This document shows, one piece after another, positions 16,444-20,157 of a stretch of DNA of 20,157 nucleotides (position 1 is the stretch's first letter; each line of letters opens with the position of its first letter). The stretch is from an uncultured Myxococcales bacterium. Lineage in GTDB: Bacteria > Myxococcota > UBA4151. The translations under genes and the position numbers were made by a program. Under the pieces are notes generated by a model. The model saw only the letters and a list, made by a program, of their open reading frames with translations. It was not told the DNA's origin and searched no databases. The stretch is taken from positions 1 to 20,157 of the forward strand of contig CAXGWI010000057.1 in NCBI GenBank assembly GCA_964013405.1, written 5' to 3'.

Positions 16444-17340
16444 TCAGGACTCAGGAACAGGCTCAGGAACCGCCTTCTTCGAGAGGGCCAGTCCGTCGAG
16501 ATGCATTTCCATATCGATGCGATAGGGCTCGGTGGTGGCATCGGGGCGCCGCAAGCCCCGCAAACAGTCGAGGATCTCTTTTTCGGTCACCTCGAAGGTG
16601 CCGGAAGCGCCCCGGATGCCGTGAGCGTAGAATTTTCCGTCCCCTAAATAGATCACGTTCTCACCACCAAAGGCCGAGTTTGCCTCCGAGGCGTCGGGGT
16701 TTTTGTAGTAGTAATGACTGCCCGGCATGAGCTTGCTGGGTCGGTGGGCAAGGCGTTTCACTTCGGTGAAGTCACTGTCTTCCACCTGCCAGCGGAAGAA
16801 CTTCAGGTTGCGAGGCTCGGAGAACAAGCGGTCGAAGGCTTCATCACCGATGTGGTCCAATATCGCTTTATGATAGATCACCATCATCGCAGTGGCACAC
16901 TCAAAAGAGTAGGCTTTACCGTTGGAGAAGATGTCACGAAGGGCTGTCGAGGGCTTGCCAATCTCACCATCTGGCAGCCACTTTCGCACTTGCATCTTGC
17001 CGCCATAGCCCATGGTCCAGAGTTCCTTGTTGACCCGGTCCTCGCCGCTCCTGCCAGCGAAGGCGACACCGCTGTTCGCCAAATCTTTCCCGGCTCGAAC
17101 GACCGCATGGCGAAAGGCGAGATCCTCTGTCCGACGAGGCCCCAAACGTTCAACGCTGGCCCCTTCCGTTGGAACAAAGCGGTCGTCCGCATCGATGCGG
17201 GACCGAAGACCCTGGTCGCCATCCTCAAGACTCGCACCGGGGCCGTATAGTTCTTTCGCAATATCCTGGGCGGCCTCTAGATCCCGCAAGGGCGGGGGAG
17301 TAGGACTCCGACGAAAGATAGAATCGAGCCAACTGGGCAT
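16444..17340 (-). CDS. tgl: Protein-glutamine gamma-glutamyltransferase (Bacillus Tgl-type transglutaminase homolog; unrelated to the Myxococcus pilotin also called Tgl)
   Basis: KPSTALRDIFSNGKAYSFECATAMMVIYHKA...IGDEAFDRLF...YYKNPD...GENVIYLGDGKFYAHGI...EILDCLRGLRR parallels Bacillus Tgl motifs YAFECATA, YFKNP, GENVI.LG...Y.AHG. Strong RBS AGGGGAGAAGGA. Confidence 0.85.
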   Translation of the reverse strand: MPSWLDSIFRRSPTPPPLRDLEAAQDIAKELYGPGASLEDGDQGLRSRIDADDRFVPTEGASVERLGPRRTEDLAFRHAVVRAGKDLANSGVAFAGRSGEDRVNKELWTMGYGGKMQVRKWLPDGEIGKPSTALRDIFSNGKAYSFECATAMMVIYHKAILDHIGDEAFDRLFSEPRNLKFFRWQVEDSDFTEVKRLAHRPSKLMPGSHYYYKNPDASEANSAFGGENVIYLGDGKFYAHGIRGASGTFEVTEKEILDCLRGLRRPDATTEPYRIDMEMHLDGLALSKKAVPEPVPES

Positions 17341-17391
17341 GAGTAGCGTTCCTTCTCCCCTTATGGGCTAACGACTCACGGCGGACAACCG

Positions 17392-20001
17392 TTAGTCATC
17401 GCCCCAACTGATCTCCAGGCGCCCGTGACCGGCCCGTTGGCCTGAGAGCGTGCCCCCGAGAAGCACACGCTGAGGATCCCACCAGGAAGAGCCGCCGCCA
17501 CCGCCGGCGTTGTTCGCGCCGCCGCCGCCGCCGTAGTAGCCGCCGCCACCGCCGCCACCGTCGTTACCATCACCCATGCCGCCGCCGCCCAGAACACCAG
17601 GGCTTCCAGCGCTACACGTATGAGCGTTGTAGTGACCGCCTGCTCGGCCTCCAGCCTGCTGCGTTCCGCCCCCGGACCCGATGCCATTGTATTCGTTCCC
17701 GCCCTCGCCTGCGAGGCCTCCGCCCGCGCCGCCATCATCCCCGTCGCCGCTGCCGCCACCACCGCCGGCCACCAAGATCCGGTCATTCAAGCCAGCGTCG
17801 CCCCGCCGGAGATCACTGGCGCCCCCCCCGGTACCGGCGAGCGCACCTGCATTGCCACAGCACTGGGAACCCGTGGGACCACCGCCATTGTAGCCGCCGC
17901 TTTGACCACAGCCGACACGGCTTTGCCCTTGGCCCCCAATAAAAATCCTCAGTTGCTCGCCGGGGGTCACGGAGAGTTGGCCTGTGACGTAGCCACCTAA
18001 ACCGCCAGCTCCTTGATTGGCACCTCCCTGGGCACCCCAGGCCTCGACCGTGACGGAGGTCAGGCCCAATGGAACGGTCCAGACTTGCTCACCGCCCGTG
18101 TACTCGAAGGCGACGGAGCCAGGATCCGGCGCATTCCGCTCACAACTGTTGCTGCAGGCATCGTCATCGATCTGATTGAGATCATCGCAAGCCTCACCGT
18201 CTTGAACGACGCCATCGCCACAGAAGGAGACCGCACCGGCCACCGACTGACATTCCCCATCGCAAACGATGCACTCCCGCAGGCCGTAGTCACAGGCCTC
18301 CAAGTCCTGATTGCCATCATCGCAGGTCTCAGGACCGTTCTGAATCCCATCTCCACAATAACTGACTGCACCGGCGACCGGTTGGCATCGGTCATCACAG
18401 ACCTCGCAGGCCTGCACGCCATAGGCGCAAGCTTCGAGGAGATCGTTGCCATCATCACAGCCTTCACCGCCCTGGATCACGTTGTCGCCGCAGTAGTGAA
18501 CCGCCCCCGCAACGGCCTCGCAACTGGGGTTACAGACCGTGCAAGCCCGTTCTCCGTAAGCGCAGACCTCGAGGACTTCGTTGCCATCGTCACAGGTCTC
18601 CGGGCCATTCTCGAGCCCATCGCCGCAATAGGCGACCGCGCCGTCCTCGATTTGGCATGTCTCGCTACACACCTCGCAAGAGAGTAGACCATAGTCGCAG
18701 ACTTCGGTCTCCGCATTGCCATCATCACAGGCTTCACCGACTTGAACCTGCCCGTCACCGCAAATGGCGATGCGGCATTGGTTATCACAACCATCCAATG
18801 GATCGTCGTTGCCGTCGTCGCATTCTTCCTGGCCGGCCCAGACCACACCATCACCACAGCTTGGGCGCTGACAATTGTTGCGACAGAAGTCACCATCGTC
18901 ATCATTGCCATCATCGCAGGCTTCGTAGCCCTCTTCACCGGGCTCTAGATCACCTCTGAGCGTGGCGTCACCGCAGCGAGCGCCAACACAGTGGTTGCGG
19001 CAAGCGTCGAGGTCATCGTCGTTGCCGTCGTCGCAGGCTTCACCGGCATCCACCCGGCCGTTGCCACAGCGCTCCTGTTGGCAGGCAGCATCACAACCAT
19101 CGCCATCCTCAGCGTTACCGTCGTCACAGGCTTCGAAACCATCCTCATCGGCCGCCAGGTCGATCCGGGCGAAACCATCGCCGCAGCGGGCCGGTTCACA
19201 GGCATTCGTGCAAGCATCCCGGTTCTCGGCATTACCATCGTCACAGGCTTCTTCATCGGCCCACAGCACACCGTCGCCGCAGGCAGCGATGGCACAGTTG
19301 TTAAGGCATTGGTCTTCCTCGTTGTCGTTGCCATCGTCACAGCGTTCCCCCGATTGGATGACCCCATCGCCACAGGTTGCCGGCTGACAGCCGTTGCAAT
19401 CGTCGGTGGGATTCTCATTGCCGTCGTCACAGCCTTCGCCAGGCCCGAGAATCCCATCACCACAGCGAGCTTCTTCGCAGTTGTTTAAACAACTGTCCTC
19501 GTCTGTATCGTTGCCATCGTCACAGGCCTCATAGCCCGCATCACCGATGTCGAGGTCGCCGCGCACGATACCATCGCCGCAAGTGGCTTCCTGGCAATTG
19601 GCCAGACAGCCATCTTCATTCAGGTCATTGCCGTCATCGCAGGCCTCGAACTTACGATCGCCTTCCGAGAGGTCGAGGCGGAGCACTCCGTCGCCGCACT
19701 CGGCTTCCAGGCAATTGCTAAGACAACCATCACCGGCTTCCCCGTTGCCATCATCGCAGGCTTCATAGCCCGACTGGTCCGGACTCAGGTCGTCCCGGGT
19801 GACGCCATCGCCGCAACGAGCAAGCTCGCAGGCATTGGTGCAACTGTCCGTGTTGGTCTCATTGCCATCGTCGCAACCCTCCCCGGTCTCAAGCTTCCCG
19901 TTGCCGCAGCTGGCCTCGGTCTCTCGGACCACCACTTGTTCCCCCGCGCAGGCAACGAGAAAACCGAGCATAGAAAGGCAAAGAAAGATCTGACGGGCCA
20001 T
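17392..20001 (-). CDS. Lipoprotein with 16 Cys-rich repeats and a C-terminal glycine-rich (ALK/LTK-like Gly_rich) domain
   Basis: Start moved from 20130 to ATG 20001: GGAG RBS and MARQIFLCLSMLGFLVA-C lipobox. CGDG/CDDGN repeats, then FEYTGG...TVP.G..SVTVEAWGAQGG...GGYNGGG...GGGASDLR...RILVAGGGGG...GGGGGGYYGGGGG. Confidence 0.9.
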   Translation of the reverse strand: MARQIFLCLSMLGFLVACAGEQVVVRETEASCGNGKLETGEGCDDGNETNTDSCTNACELARCGDGVTRDDLSPDQSGYEACDDGNGEAGDGCLSNCLEAECGDGVLRLDLSEGDRKFEACDDGNDLNEDGCLANCQEATCGDGIVRGDLDIGDAGYEACDDGNDTDEDSCLNNCEEARCGDGILGPGEGCDDGNENPTDDCNGCQPATCGDGVIQSGERCDDGNDNEEDQCLNNCAIAACGDGVLWADEEACDDGNAENRDACTNACEPARCGDGFARIDLAADEDGFEACDDGNAEDGDGCDAACQQERCGNGRVDAGEACDDGNDDDLDACRNHCVGARCGDATLRGDLEPGEEGYEACDDGNDDDGDFCRNNCQRPSCGDGVVWAGQEECDDGNDDPLDGCDNQCRIAICGDGQVQVGEACDDGNAETEVCDYGLLSCEVCSETCQIEDGAVAYCGDGLENGPETCDDGNEVLEVCAYGERACTVCNPSCEAVAGAVHYCGDNVIQGGEGCDDGNDLLEACAYGVQACEVCDDRCQPVAGAVSYCGDGIQNGPETCDDGNQDLEACDYGLRECIVCDGECQSVAGAVSFCGDGVVQDGEACDDLNQIDDDACSNSCERNAPDPGSVAFEYTGGEQVWTVPLGLTSVTVEAWGAQGGANQGAGGLGGYVTGQLSVTPGEQLRIFIGGQGQSRVGCGQSGGYNGGGPTGSQCCGNAGALAGTGGGASDLRRGDAGLNDRILVAGGGGGSGDGDDGGAGGGLAGEGGNEYNGIGSGGGTQQAGGRAGGHYNAHTCSAGSPGVLGGGGMGDGNDGGGGGGGYYGGGGGANNAGGGGGSSWWDPQRVLLGGTLSGQRAGHGRLEISWGDD
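18190..18729 (-). repeat. Four tandem 135-nt (45-aa) six-cysteine repeat units inside the lipoprotein CDS
   Basis: CDDGN...E.C.YG...C.VC...C....GAV.(Y/F)CGD occurs four times with an exact 45-aa period. Confidence 0.85.
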
Positions 20002-20128
20002 GGTGAACGCTCCAGTTGGCACGGGACAATAGCGTTCCCAGAAGGCGGGCGAAAGCCCCCCGAGATCAAGGGTCGAAGCCCCCAACAGAGTTGACAAGGG
20101 GGCGGCGGGCGTTCCAACCGAGAACACC

Positions 20129-20157
20129 ATGCTGTTAACCCTTATCTTTATTTTCCT
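20129..20157 (+). CDS. Possible start of a divergent gene with a signal-peptide-like N-terminus, truncated by the window edge
   Basis: ATG CTG TTA ACC CTT ATC TTT ATT TTC = MLLTLIFIF. TTGACA at 20092-20097 upstream. Only 9 codons are visible. Confidence 0.25.

Noticed and set aside
16443..16470. Short CTCAGGA(AC) triple repeat at the tgl stop
   Set aside because: It mostly encodes the VPEPVPES low-complexity tail and is too short to support a function.
18945..19563. RGD/RGDL integrin-binding motifs in the stalks (also at about 9221)
   Set aside because: These are expected by chance from the R-x-D-L loop consensus; x varies freely (A, S, Q, T, R, L, E, G, I, D).
20002..20130. 43-codon N-terminal extension of the last lipoprotein; similar extensions at 7763, 4869, 15910 and 16541
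   Set aside because: Downstream ATGs give a proper RBS, lipobox or family start and remove large overlaps with neighbouring genes.

Overview
GC-rich bacterial fragment, most likely from a Myxococcota/Bradymonadia-like deltaproteobacterium (inferred from about 42 copies of the myxobacterial cysteine-rich CGDG...CDDGN repeat). There are 15 credible CDSs plus a possible gene start at the right edge; no tRNA, rRNA, CRISPR or transposase was seen. Three large probable lipoproteins share a Cys/Asp-rich repeat stalk but carry different C-terminal heads: PPC + RCC1-like propeller, RCC1-like propeller, and an ALK/LTK-like glycine-rich domain. Other genes: partial cytochrome b5 fusion coupled to a CBS protein, Nudix hydrolase, DUF445, SRPBCC, exported partner protein, class III aminotransferase, Gly/Ala beta-repeat protein and RhlE-like helicase. 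A tight minus-strand cluster encodes a Bacillus Tgl-type transglutaminase homolog, an AlkA glycosylase and a COG4337 iota-type carbonic anhydrase. The most notable points are the out-of-place Tgl homolog, the modular stalk/head surface proteins, and a structured leader upstream of the aminotransferase. All family calls come from motif recognition by eye, not database searches.
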